From an uncultured Candidatus Saccharibacteria bacterium (GTDB lineage: Bacteria > Patescibacteriota > Minisyncoccia > UBA6257 > 2-01-FULL-56-20): 64,000 nucleotides of DNA. The stretch lies in contig OZ246418.1 in NCBI GenBank assembly GCA_965231155.1, forward strand, positions 302,850 to 366,849. The letters are read 5' to 3'. How positions within the stretch are numbered: position 1 is the stretch's first letter; each line of letters starts with the position of its first letter. The notes below the pieces were generated by a model. That model was not told the DNA's origin. It did not search any database and worked only from the letters and a program-made list of their open reading frames with translations. The position numbers and the translations under genes are program-made. Positions 46,624 to 54,877 of the stretch are shown here, one piece after another.

Positions 46624-47220
46624 ATGATACTCAAACAAGAGATTCGTCTAATAGTTTGTGGAGTATTCCTTTCTTTTGCTTTTTTAGTTTTCCTGGGAGT
46701 AACTGCCCCTCAACTAGCCCGAGCCGATTTTGTGTGTGAGGCGTATGGTACTCGAGTAAGCGATGAGGTTGCTTGTAATCACGACTGTCCAGATGCTTGT
46801 GTGCCAGTCGGTCGTTCTGGAGGAAGTGTGGCAACTCCTCCTTCATCAGCACCAGCATCGACGCCAGCACCTTCTCGAACTCCTTCAAGGACTGCGCCGG
46901 GAGTGAATCGTTTTGCCAATGAAAATACCCCATACCCTCATAATGTTGCCGACCAGATTCCTCGAGGGGGCCCAATTAGTGATGTGGATAGTTTTTTGTA
47001 TATTCTTACGGCGATTATTGAGTTTGCGGAAGCAATATTTTGGATTCTCGCCGTTGGCTTCGGTCTCTATGGCGCCTATCTGTATCTCTTCTCTCAGGGA
47101 AATTCAGAAAAGGCGGGGCAGGCCAGGAAGATATTTATATATGCAGCCATTGCTTCACTTTTAGCCATTGTGTCGTACGGCATTCCTGGTCTTGTTGAAA
47201 GTTTTGTCTTAGGATATTAA
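46624..47220 (+). CDS. Pilin-like paralog 7
   Basis: Cys-rich N-terminal region (ADFVCEAYG...CNHDCPDACVP), a Pro/Ser/Thr linker, and C-terminal module FAEAIFWILAVGFGLYGAYLYLFSQGNSEKAGQARKIFIYAAIASLLAIVSYGIP. Confidence 0.6.
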   Translation: MILKQEIRLIVCGVFLSFAFLVFLGVTAPQLARADFVCEAYGTRVSDEVACNHDCPDACVPVGRSGGSVATPPSSAPASTPAPSRTPSRTAPGVNRFANENTPYPHNVADQIPRGGPISDVDSFLYILTAIIEFAEAIFWILAVGFGLYGAYLYLFSQGNSEKAGQARKIFIYAAIASLLAIVSYGIPGLVESFVLGY

Positions 47221-47738
47221 TGCAAACTATGAATATTTTTAAAAGAATAGGACTGTCGGTTTCTTTGCTTTTGATTGTTATTACGACATTTGCGCCAATA
47301 TCTGCAGGGGCTATTTCTCGTTCTCGTCCGGGAGAGAGTCGAGTTTGTTTTGGGGTGGGTAATACGATAATCGATCTGAGCGGTCTTCCTTGTTTTGCGG
47401 GAATCTGTCTTCAGGCTGATCTTGAAGATGGTTGTCGAAGACTTGGTGGAACGTATGGAGTGATGCCTCAGTATACCGGTCCAGCGAGAACCAATGCGCC
47501 AGTTCAAGACGTCAATGATTTCCTTCAGATTCTTACCGACCTGGTGAGACTTGCCCAGATGGTCTTTTGGATTTTTGCAGTCGGCTTTGGTCTCTATGCT
47601 GCCTATCTTTATCTCTTTTCTGGAGGGAGTAAGGAGAGTGTTAGCCAGGCGCACAAGATGTTGATTTATACTGCCGTGGCATCATTAGTGGCAATTCTTG
47701 CGTACGGTATTCCGGGAATCATCGACAGCTTCTTCTAA
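47220..47738 (+). CDS. Pilin-like paralog 8
   Basis: C-terminal module LAQMVFWIFAVGFGLYAAYLYLFSGGSKESVSQAHKMLIYTAVASLVAILAYGIP. Confidence 0.6.
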   Translation: MQTMNIFKRIGLSVSLLLIVITTFAPISAGAISRSRPGESRVCFGVGNTIIDLSGLPCFAGICLQADLEDGCRRLGGTYGVMPQYTGPARTNAPVQDVNDFLQILTDLVRLAQMVFWIFAVGFGLYAAYLYLFSGGSKESVSQAHKMLIYTAVASLVAILAYGIPGIIDSFF

Positions 47739-47761
47739 AATAGATTTTTGAGAGAAAGAAA

Positions 47762-47800
47762 AAAGGCCATCGCTCGGGGGTTACCCAGGCGATGGCCTTT
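47762..47800. terminator. Bidirectional hairpin terminator closing the pilin array
   Basis: 12-bp perfect inverted repeat aaaggccatcgc / gcgatggccttt, preceded by an A-run and followed by T-rich sequence. Confidence 0.6.
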
Positions 47801-47820
47801 GTATTTACCTGCAATGTGCT

Positions 47821-48255
47821 TTAACGGGGGAGTATGGAAACGGTAACTGGTTTGTTACCGTTCTTACTCCCGTCGTTCCGAAACCGAATCGCCGTAATCC
47901 GGCTTTTCGGTCTTGTGACTTTTTCCGGTTCGTAGAGAACCGCTGAGCTGTCGGGTGGCTCGCTTTCGTAGTATCTCACGACCCCTACTGGCAGGTCGTG
48001 GTCGATCCAGAATCGACCTGGGGGCATGAGGACCTTCCCGGTCTCGCACTCTCCAAGGACCGGAATGATGATTTTCCCGCCTCCGGCAGCCTGGATCTCT
48101 CGGACGTAGTCCCACTCTTTGCCGCAGCGAAGAGTGATGACTAGCTGTTGTTTCGGTGGCGGTGCCTCCTCTTTGTGGAGCAGGAGGATGGCCACCACGA
48201 TGGCGATTGTAATGACGACCGGAATGGCCGCCAGCTTCTTTTGCTGAGCAGTCAT
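47821..48255 (-). CDS. Membrane-anchored protein co-transcribed downstream of the SPFH gene; possible NfeD-like partner (weak)
   Basis: N-terminal TM helix LAAIPVVITIAIVVAILL plus a ~110-aa soluble domain. Its start overlaps the SPFH stop. Elevated GC. Confidence 0.35.
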   Translation of the reverse strand: MTAQQKKLAAIPVVITIAIVVAILLLHKEEAPPPKQQLVITLRCGKEWDYVREIQAAGGGKIIIPVLGECETGKVLMPPGRFWIDHDLPVGVVRYYESEPPDSSAVLYEPEKVTRPKSRITAIRFRNDGSKNGNKPVTVSILPR

Positions 48256-49268
48256 TATCTCCTCTCTCCTCTCATGAGGATCTCCTCAAGACTTCTCGCC
48301 CCGATAGCCTTCTCGAGCACCAGAGCGAATCCACCGATCGCCTGGACTAGCCCAGGAATCGTGAATCCCTTGCCTTCGCGAGTGGCCTTCCATTCCATCA
48401 CGATTCGAAGAGCTTCCGGGAGTGAAATATCCTGTCCAAGATTCTGAGCGACCTGGACGATCTGTTGGGCCTTGAGTAGATCAGTCTCTTGCTCGTAGGC
48501 CTCACCTCGCCGTTCCTCTTCCTCGACGGCGTGTCTCTCCGCGGCCTTAGCGAGGTCTCCTTCTGGAGCGATCTCGCCGATGTTGAGCCGTTTGATGATG
48601 ATGCCGAGCGATTCTTTGCAGAGTCGCCCGTTACCATTCATCGCCTCGACCATTTGTTCGTCGGTTATGTCTCCGACGATGGCCCGCAAGATTTGCTTGA
48701 TACCTTCTGTTTTTGTGGACGTCATGGTTTCCCATGTCATCCCTTCACCGAAGGCCCAGGTCCGGAGTTGCTGGCGAACGACGTCGGCGAGGATGTTGCT
48801 CACGCCAACCTCACCACCATTATCGAGATAGGTGATGGTGTTGCCTGGATCAGGAACCCAGGTCAACGACGTCGGCACCTTGACCTCGGCTCCGTCTCTC
48901 ACTCGGACCTTTTCGTCAGGAAGATCCTGGTTGACGGCCTGAACTTTGATGGGGATGAAGTCAAAAAAGAACGCTGGGAAGAATCGGAGTCCTTCCTTTT
49001 TTGTTCTCTTCAACCTTCTTCCCAGAAAGGTCACCTGTCCGACATGGGGCGGATTCGCCTCGATGGTTTTGAGGCTTAGGATGGCGTAGAACGCTGGGAG
49101 GTTGATTCCCAGCACAACGAAAAGAATTCTTGCCAAGAGAAGACTTCCGGTTGCCCAGAACATTCCTCCGGCAATTACACCACTGATGGTCACACAGGTG
49201 ACCAACAGGAAGAAGAAGATTAAGAACTCTCCTCCGTTCAGGGTTTCATCTTCCCTCCACCATTTCAT
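48255..49268 (-). CDS. SPFH/band-7 (flotillin/stomatin-like) membrane protein
   Basis: Two N-terminal TM helices followed by an SPFH-like region (VNQDLPDEKVRVRDGAEVKVPTSLTWVPDPGNTITYL...ADVVRQQLRTWAFG) and a coiled-coil Glu/Ala-rich C-terminus. Start set at the internal Met (MKWWRED). Confidence 0.65.
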   Translation of the reverse strand: MKWWREDETLNGGEFLIFFFLLVTCVTISGVIAGGMFWATGSLLLARILFVVLGINLPAFYAILSLKTIEANPPHVGQVTFLGRRLKRTKKEGLRFFPAFFFDFIPIKVQAVNQDLPDEKVRVRDGAEVKVPTSLTWVPDPGNTITYLDNGGEVGVSNILADVVRQQLRTWAFGEGMTWETMTSTKTEGIKQILRAIVGDITDEQMVEAMNGNGRLCKESLGIIIKRLNIGEIAPEGDLAKAAERHAVEEEERRGEAYEQETDLLKAQQIVQVAQNLGQDISLPEALRIVMEWKATREGKGFTIPGLVQAIGGFALVLEKAIGARSLEEILMRGERR

Positions 49269-49496
49269 GGCATGTCTCCTTCCGCGCTTTATGCGCATTG
49301 TTTTCAGTTGTCGAAATGTCCCACTGGGACGAACCGCAGGGACCATCCCTTTGGAACATTTACTGTTTATTATTATAACACTGATAAATAGATTAGTCAA
49401 ACACAGCATTTTCATTCTTTTCTTCTCGGAAAAGCGAGTTTTTTAGGTAAATAAAAACCCCGATAAAACTAGGTTTTATGGGGTTGATTGGGTTTG

Positions 49497-49537
49497 CCTA
49501 GGGTGTCGATCACTTTCGTGACGACACCCTAGGGCTT
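49497..49537. terminator. Hairpin terminator downstream of the GC-rich minus-strand gene
   Basis: 12-bp inverted repeat cctagggtgtcg / cgacaccctagg with a 14-nt loop. Confidence 0.5.
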
Positions 49538-49549
49538 GGCCGAGGCGAG

Positions 49550-50065
49550 CTACTGGAGCTCGGCCTCGGTGAAGTTGAAGGACTTGGCCTCGGTAACGAC
49601 TTTCGCCACCTCTCCCTTCACGGGAGACTTCTTCGCGGCCGCGTAGCGGTCGCGAAGATCGGCGAGGATGACCTGGCGGAAGCTGTCGAGGTCGCTGGCG
49701 CCGGGGATGTTCTCAACATCCTTCTTCCCGGCTTCCAGAATCCGCACGATGCGATCCACGATCGCGCGGGTCGAGCCGAACGAGATCGTCGTCGACCCAT
49801 TGACGCAGACCTCGGCGCGGTCGTCACCCCTGCTTTCCAGCAGGATGACCAGATCGCCGACGATAGCCTTACCATCGGTTTCTTCCGGGGGGGTCGACTC
49901 CCACGGCGTTTTCGCCGTCCAGCCGCGGAGCGCCTTGCAGAGCTCCGAAACGGGTGCGACCGTCTTGCCGTTGATGCCGTCCCGCAACGCTTTGTCAGCG
50001 TGCGCGGTGGCAGCGGTCAGAGTGATAGCCAAACCAATGGCCAGGGTTGTGACGAGCTTCGTCAT
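49550..50065 (-). CDS. Secreted hypothetical protein encoded by a strongly GC-rich gene
   Basis: Signal peptide MTKLVTTLAIGLAITLTAATAHA. The coding sequence is visibly above 60% GC with GC-rich third positions, which also creates spurious overlapping ORFs in other frames. Confidence 0.5.
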   Translation of the reverse strand: MTKLVTTLAIGLAITLTAATAHADKALRDGINGKTVAPVSELCKALRGWTAKTPWESTPPEETDGKAIVGDLVILLESRGDDRAEVCVNGSTTISFGSTRAIVDRIVRILEAGKKDVENIPGASDLDSFRQVILADLRDRYAAAKKSPVKGEVAKVVTEAKSFNFTEAELQ

Positions 50066-50259
50066 GGTAGTCTCCTTCTTCTTTCCCCTTATCAGTTGCT
50101 CCCCTTGCGGTGGAGTGCCTCGGGTTTGATTACTTCACAGCTGAAAATATATTAACCCATATATCACTATTTGTCAATAGCAAGGGATAAACCCTTCATT
50201 TTTTTCTAGGGAAAAGGGGATTGCCGGGGTCGTAAAAATAAGGCAAAATCTAGGTTATT

Positions 50260-50341
50260 GGGCAGGTGGCGAAATTGGCAGACGCACTGGCTTTAGGAGC
50301 CAGCGCCGCAAGGCATGAGGGTTCAAGTCCCTCCCTGCCCA
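50260..50341 (+). tRNA. tRNA-Leu (anticodon TAG), type II with long variable arm
   Basis: Acceptor GGGCAGG/CCTGCCC, anticodon loop TTTAGGA, variable arm CGCCGCAAGGCAT, T-loop GGTTCAAGTCC. Confidence 0.8.
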
Positions 50342-50351
50342 CACAAACTAT

Positions 50352-51413
50352 ATGAAAAAAATCATTCATCCCTGGCAGACTATCGTGTGGGTGTGTTGCA
50401 TCGGAACGGCGGCGCTGACTTCGATTCTGGCCATCGTTGGTCCCGTGGCCGATGAGTCTGATTTCTTCTCTTACTATATGAGACTGGCCGTTGGGCCACT
50501 TCTTGATGCCCTCGTGATGTTCTTTAATTTTTTCCTTGTGGCATCTTTGGTCTATGGGGCTTTTTATTTCTTCTATTCAGCTTTTTATATCAAGCGCGAT
50601 CCTTTTCAGTTTTTTTCGCGGAGGTTTTTAACTGATACCTTTTGGGCTGGCCTTCGGGAGTTATGGGCGATTATCACTCTCGTTTTGCCAATAGTCGCCA
50701 CCCTGCTTTTTGTGAGTATGAGTATGTCGTATATCAACCCAGTGAATGCTACTCGATTGATAGATATTGAGGTGTTGCGTTGGGATTCGTTCCTGTTTGG
50801 AAGCTATCCCTTTATCCAGTGGCAGGGGTTGGCCTACCCAGATCTATTTATTCAGGCGGTGAACTTTTCTTTTATGTACCTTCCGCTCTTTCTGATTGGT
50901 TTTTCTTTTTATGTGTTCTTTTGGCAACGGAAGGTTTTTGGGGAGATGGCCGCAGTGTTTTGTCTAAATCTCGTTTTGATGATTTTTTTCTGGCAGATAT
51001 TTCCGGTGATGAGTCCACACGATCGTTTCATTGATAATGTGTACGAACTGCCTGTCCCTTCAGCCATCGAAGAGCAATTGGCTTCAAATTATCATCCGCA
51101 TCCACTCATCCAGCAGTTCTTAGATCAGATGAGGGATAATAAAAATAGGAGTTTGAATGGTACGATGCCGACTTCAACCTTGCCGAGTGCTCACGTGGCT
51201 TGGGCAACCCTGTTAGTCTATTACGCCTATCGGACACGGAAGTGGTCGCTGGTTCTTTTCCTGCCGGTGGCAATATTTTCTAGCATTGGTACGTTTCTTT
51301 TTGCCCAGCATTATGTGGTGGACGTGCCAGCCGGAGTGGCAGTGCTTGCCCTGTCGGTTTTCTTGGTTCGACTCGCGGACAGAGCCTCACTTCCTCAAAC
51401 AAGATTTATCTAG
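50352..51413 (+). CDS. PAP2-superfamily membrane phosphatase/phosphotransferase-like protein
   Basis: Polytopic. C-terminal motifs PSAHVAW (compare PSGH) and FAQHYVVD (compare SRxxxxxHxxxD). Confidence 0.55.
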   Translation: MKKIIHPWQTIVWVCCIGTAALTSILAIVGPVADESDFFSYYMRLAVGPLLDALVMFFNFFLVASLVYGAFYFFYSAFYIKRDPFQFFSRRFLTDTFWAGLRELWAIITLVLPIVATLLFVSMSMSYINPVNATRLIDIEVLRWDSFLFGSYPFIQWQGLAYPDLFIQAVNFSFMYLPLFLIGFSFYVFFWQRKVFGEMAAVFCLNLVLMIFFWQIFPVMSPHDRFIDNVYELPVPSAIEEQLASNYHPHPLIQQFLDQMRDNKNRSLNGTMPTSTLPSAHVAWATLLVYYAYRTRKWSLVLFLPVAIFSSIGTFLFAQHYVVDVPAGVAVLALSVFLVRLADRASLPQTRFI

Positions 51414-52297
51414 TCGAGAGAGAGGGCAGGGGAGTAGTCGCCAATCTTTTCGAAATGAAAATTATCCAGAGTAGGAGCGATTTTTTCCATCAATTTTTGA
51501 GCTTCTGCTAGTTCATTTTCTAAATCAGCCAGATTGCCAATTTGGCCACTGATAAAGACGAGAAGCTCTTGGTTAACGATTTCAATATCGTATTTTAGGT
51601 TGTGGTCGAGAAGATAGGCTAGGAGGTCTGGACTGAAAATTTGGTGTGCTTCGATTTCGTATTTTCTCGGCGCGTACAGTGCAAACTTCTTTTCGAACTC
51701 TTCGGGAAGGGAGATTTTTTCGCCAATACTTCGGTTAAACCAATCCTTCTTATAATCAAGGTAGAAGTGAGGGAAGCGCCCGTTAAAGGTAAAACCAAAA
51801 ACGGTATATAGGTGGGTTTGTTTGTGTTTTCCAGAACCAGTGGTGAATGTGTAGCTAAAAATTCTCAAAGGATGATTTCCTATTGTACCAGAGAGAAAAT
51901 GGGTGATAGATTCGCTATGTCCTTGATCGAACATAAACGCTTTTTCTTTACTGTAGTCGGCGGCAGGCGTGTATGACAAATCATGTTTTTTGGCGAATTG
52001 TTGCCAGAAGATAGTTTCTATCATACTTCGTGCAATACCATAGAGAAGAAGTAGGACTATAAAAGGGAGGGCGATGATAATGCCAGGCCAAGCCCCGTCA
52101 GTATTTTCCAGAGGGAGAATGACGAAGAAGGTAAGACTGGCCCAGACAAGTAATCCAAGACAGACAAGAGCCCAGTATTTTTTAAGAATGCTTAAAAGAA
52201 GGACTTGGGCGCTTTTTGATACATCTGAAACAGGAAGGTCGTAGGAAAATCCTGAGGTGGCTTGAGTTGGCTCGGTTTCGACTGCTTCGTCTATCAT
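51410..52297 (-). CDS. Hypothetical membrane protein
   Basis: Two TM helices near the N-terminus and a large soluble domain. No motif. Confidence 0.35.
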   Translation of the reverse strand: MIDEAVETEPTQATSGFSYDLPVSDVSKSAQVLLLSILKKYWALVCLGLLVWASLTFFVILPLENTDGAWPGIIIALPFIVLLLLYGIARSMIETIFWQQFAKKHDLSYTPAADYSKEKAFMFDQGHSESITHFLSGTIGNHPLRIFSYTFTTGSGKHKQTHLYTVFGFTFNGRFPHFYLDYKKDWFNRSIGEKISLPEEFEKKFALYAPRKYEIEAHQIFSPDLLAYLLDHNLKYDIEIVNQELLVFISGQIGNLADLENELAEAQKLMEKIAPTLDNFHFEKIGDYSPALSLD

Positions 52298-52301
52298 TCT
52301 G

Positions 52302-52373
52302 TGCCGCGGGAGGGAATTGAACCCCCGACGCCAGCCTCTTCAGGGCTGCGCTCTACCACTGAGCTACCGCGGC
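52302..52373 (-). tRNA. tRNA-Phe (anticodon GAA)
   Basis: Reverse complement GCCGCGGTAGCTCAGTGGTAGAGCGCAGCCCTGAAGAGGCTG...GGTTCAATTCCC...CCGCGGCA; anticodon loop CTGAAGA. Confidence 0.8.
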
Positions 52374-52498
52374 GATACTACATAATGTAGCCGAATTCTT
52401 CTGAATATTCAATGTAGTGCCCTCGGTAGGAAGGCTCCGCTATTCCTACCTTAGCTCCTTAATCAAAAATAAGCCTCACGGCTTATTTTTGCTCTCGG

Positions 52499-52570
52499 TG
52501 CCCTCGGTAGGAATCGAACCTACATTAAGGGATTAGAAGTCCCTCGTTCTATCCATTGAACTACGGGGGC
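52499..52570 (-). tRNA. tRNA-Arg (anticodon TCT)
   Basis: Reverse complement GCCCCCGTAGTTCAATGGATAGAACGAGGGACTTCTAATCCCT...GGTTCGATTCC...CGAGGGCA; one C-A mismatch in the acceptor stem. Confidence 0.7.
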
Positions 52571-52646
52571 GTTGTTTTCGCCTCGCTCCCATTGTATGCT
52601 GGCCCCAGCGGTTATTCAACTGAATTCAAGAGAAAGGAGGCGGCAT

Positions 52647-53273
52647 ATGCTCGCCACTCATTTCGCGAAGTGTGAGGGTATTTTTTGCCGATGCGAAGTT
52701 CGGCGGTATGGCCTGGCGCTGTTCGTTGCTTCTCTAACGTTCTTGGTTGAGTTGGTTGGAAGCTACATCACTAATAGCGTCAGTCTACTTTCGGACGCCG
52801 TTCATCTCTTCACCGACTGTGTTGATCTGATGATCGGCCTATGGGTCAGCACCCTGGTCTGGTATCGCAGTCTTCACGAGAAGACCACCCGAGCCGAGGG
52901 AGGAATACTCAGTTCTTGTTTGCTCTTCGGCTTGGTCGGGTTCATTCTGTGGGAGAGTATTCCTCGACTTTTTCATCCCGAAGAGGTGTCTTCGATACCA
53001 ATGCTCATCATCGCAACAGCTGGTCTCTTGGGCAACGTCATCCAGCTGAAGATCATTGAAGCAGGGGAGGACAATCATCGGACACAAAAGTCGTTGATCC
53101 TTCACTTTGCGAGTGACGTGTTGATCTCGGTCGCCGTAATTCTTGGTGGACTTGCCACCTATTTCCTTGGGTGGCTTGTCGTCGATCCGATCATCTCGAT
53201 AGCTGTCGCCGTCTTCATCGGCTGGAAGAGCGCACAGCTCTTTCGTGACTCTTGGAGAGAGCTTTTTCCCTAA
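52647..53273 (+). CDS. Cation diffusion facilitator (CDF) family metal efflux protein, TM domain only
   Basis: HLFTDCVD and HFASDVLIS (HxxxD motifs in TM2 and TM5). Start set at the internal Met because the track start abuts the tRNA. Confidence 0.6.
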   Translation: MLATHFAKCEGIFCRCEVRRYGLALFVASLTFLVELVGSYITNSVSLLSDAVHLFTDCVDLMIGLWVSTLVWYRSLHEKTTRAEGGILSSCLLFGLVGFILWESIPRLFHPEEVSSIPMLIIATAGLLGNVIQLKIIEAGEDNHRTQKSLILHFASDVLISVAVILGGLATYFLGWLVVDPIISIAVAVFIGWKSAQLFRDSWRELFP

Positions 53274-53319
53274 CCCTTCCCATTCGAAGGGTTTTTTAAT
53301 AAGATGAAACGAGCTTAAT

Positions 53320-53390
53320 CGGGCTGTAGTATACCGGTAGTACGCCTGCTTTGGGAGCAGGTAGACAGGGTTCAATTCCCTGCAGCCCGA
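53320..53390 (+). tRNA. tRNA-Pro (anticodon TGG)
   Basis: Acceptor CGGGCTG/CAGCCCG, anticodon loop TTTGGGA, T-loop GGTTCAATTCC. Confidence 0.8.
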
Positions 53391-53405
53391 CAGATAGTGA
53401 TACAA

Positions 53406-53480
53406 GCGCCCTTAGCTCAGTGGTAGAGCGACTCGTTTACACCGAGTAGGCCGTGGGTTCAATCCCTACAGGGCGCACCA
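53406..53480 (+). tRNA. tRNA-Val (anticodon TAC), CCA encoded
   Basis: GCGCCCTTAGCTCAGTGGTAGAGCGACTCGTTTACACCGAGT...GGTTCAATCCC...AGGGCGCACCA. Confidence 0.85.
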
Positions 53481-53482
53481 TT

Positions 53483-54874
53483 ATGAAGTCTTTGTTTTCA
53501 GGGACCGCTTCTCGAATCTTTTCCTCCAGAGGGACATTCTTCTTTTTTCTAGTTGGTGCACTATTCTCCTTTTTTCTTTGGCAACAAAATATATCTTCAT
53601 CATTCTTTTATGATGAAGCAGTATATGTGAATCTCGCCGAGCATCCTTTCCGTAGTGATTATTACGCAGACAAGATCTTCTTTCGCCATCCACCCCTTTA
53701 TTATCTAATTCTTTCGGCAGTAGGTATTTTTTCTGGTTTCGGTGAGGTAGTAATGAGATTTCCTTCGTTGGTATTCTCTTTCTTCTCAATGGTCATACTT
53801 TATTTTTTGGGCAGGAGATTGCACTCTCCTGCTTTTGGTGTAGTGGTTAGCTCACTTCTTCTCCTTAGCACCCTCCAACAACAGTATGCCCAGGCAGCGA
53901 CTATGTATGCGCTTACGACGCTTTTGGTCACGATCTGTATCTATGGGCTTGTTGCCCGTCGCTATGCAGTAATGTGGGGAGCTTTTTTTGGAGCCCTTTT
54001 TTCTCATTTCTTTGCCTTTCTTCTCCTCGTTCCTATTATTATGGAGAATCGTTTTTTGAGTCACCTTAAAGAGAAGGCTTCATTCAAGATAAAAGTCATC
54101 TTTGGCATAAGCTTGTTTTTCCTTTTGCCGATTCTTCTGCCCGGTGCTTCATTCCATCTCTCTCGTGTCAGTTTTGATTACTGGTGGTTCCAACTTCTCA
54201 ATCTTTATTTTTCCCTTTCTCCAGTGCTTCTGGCTGGCTTTCTTTTTTATAGTTCTAGAAACAACAAGAACGAGCAAACTACCCCACTTATTTTTCTGTG
54301 TGTTTCATTCTTAATTTTCTCAGTTATCTTGCCTCCTTTTGTTCGTTATCTTGCCATCTTTTATCCGATCTTTCTTGCGCTCGGTACGTTGGGGGTTTGG
54401 AAGTTGATTCAGGAGGTTTTTTCCAGGGGAGATACTGGCCAGAAAATGATTTTTGGTATTCTTTTTGTTGCAACCTGCGTGCTTACATTTCCTGCGGGCA
54501 GTTTCGGAATCTATCCATTACAACACTCACCCATGATGGACATTGGAGATACTATTCACACGGAGAGCTGGCGGGAGATTGTTGCTGTTATGGCCAGTTC
54601 CGGTGGGGGGAGTGTGATGACCTCCCGTGTCGTGCCTTTTAAATATTATGCCGATAAGAGTGGCTTGCAGTATGTAGTAAGCGCTGAAGCAAAAGATTGG
54701 AACGAAACAGTATTTCGGGATCGGGTGTCTCGGGGCCTGGATAACTGGATAATTCTCCAATCCCTTTTTATTCCACAACGTTTCTATGATTTTCTCGAAG
54801 GGAGCTCACTGTATGAGCGTTATGCCGATTTTCCTTACTCGACTCTTTATCGAAAAAAGAACCTCGCTCAATAG
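53483..54874 (+). CDS. GT39/GT83-like (PMT/ArnT-type) polyprenyl-phosphate-sugar dependent glycosyltransferase
   Basis: Polytopic. FYDEAVYVNLAEHPF...FFRHPPLYYL is typical of the first periplasmic loop of ArnT/PMT-family enzymes. Start set at MKSLF, directly after tRNA-Val. Confidence 0.6.
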   Translation: MKSLFSGTASRIFSSRGTFFFFLVGALFSFFLWQQNISSSFFYDEAVYVNLAEHPFRSDYYADKIFFRHPPLYYLILSAVGIFSGFGEVVMRFPSLVFSFFSMVILYFLGRRLHSPAFGVVVSSLLLLSTLQQQYAQAATMYALTTLLVTICIYGLVARRYAVMWGAFFGALFSHFFAFLLLVPIIMENRFLSHLKEKASFKIKVIFGISLFFLLPILLPGASFHLSRVSFDYWWFQLLNLYFSLSPVLLAGFLFYSSRNNKNEQTTPLIFLCVSFLIFSVILPPFVRYLAIFYPIFLALGTLGVWKLIQEVFSRGDTGQKMIFGILFVATCVLTFPAGSFGIYPLQHSPMMDIGDTIHTESWREIVAVMASSGGGSVMTSRVVPFKYYADKSGLQYVVSAEAKDWNETVFRDRVSRGLDNWIILQSLFIPQRFYDFLEGSSLYERYADFPYSTLYRKKNLAQ

Positions 54875-54877
54875 TTT

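Noticed and set aside
49618-50129. ORFs 49618..49875 (-) and 49668..50129 (+) inside the GC-rich gene
   Set aside because: These alternative frames are kept open by high GC. The products are Arg/Ala/Ser-rich nonsense. The 49550..50065 frame has a convincing signal peptide.
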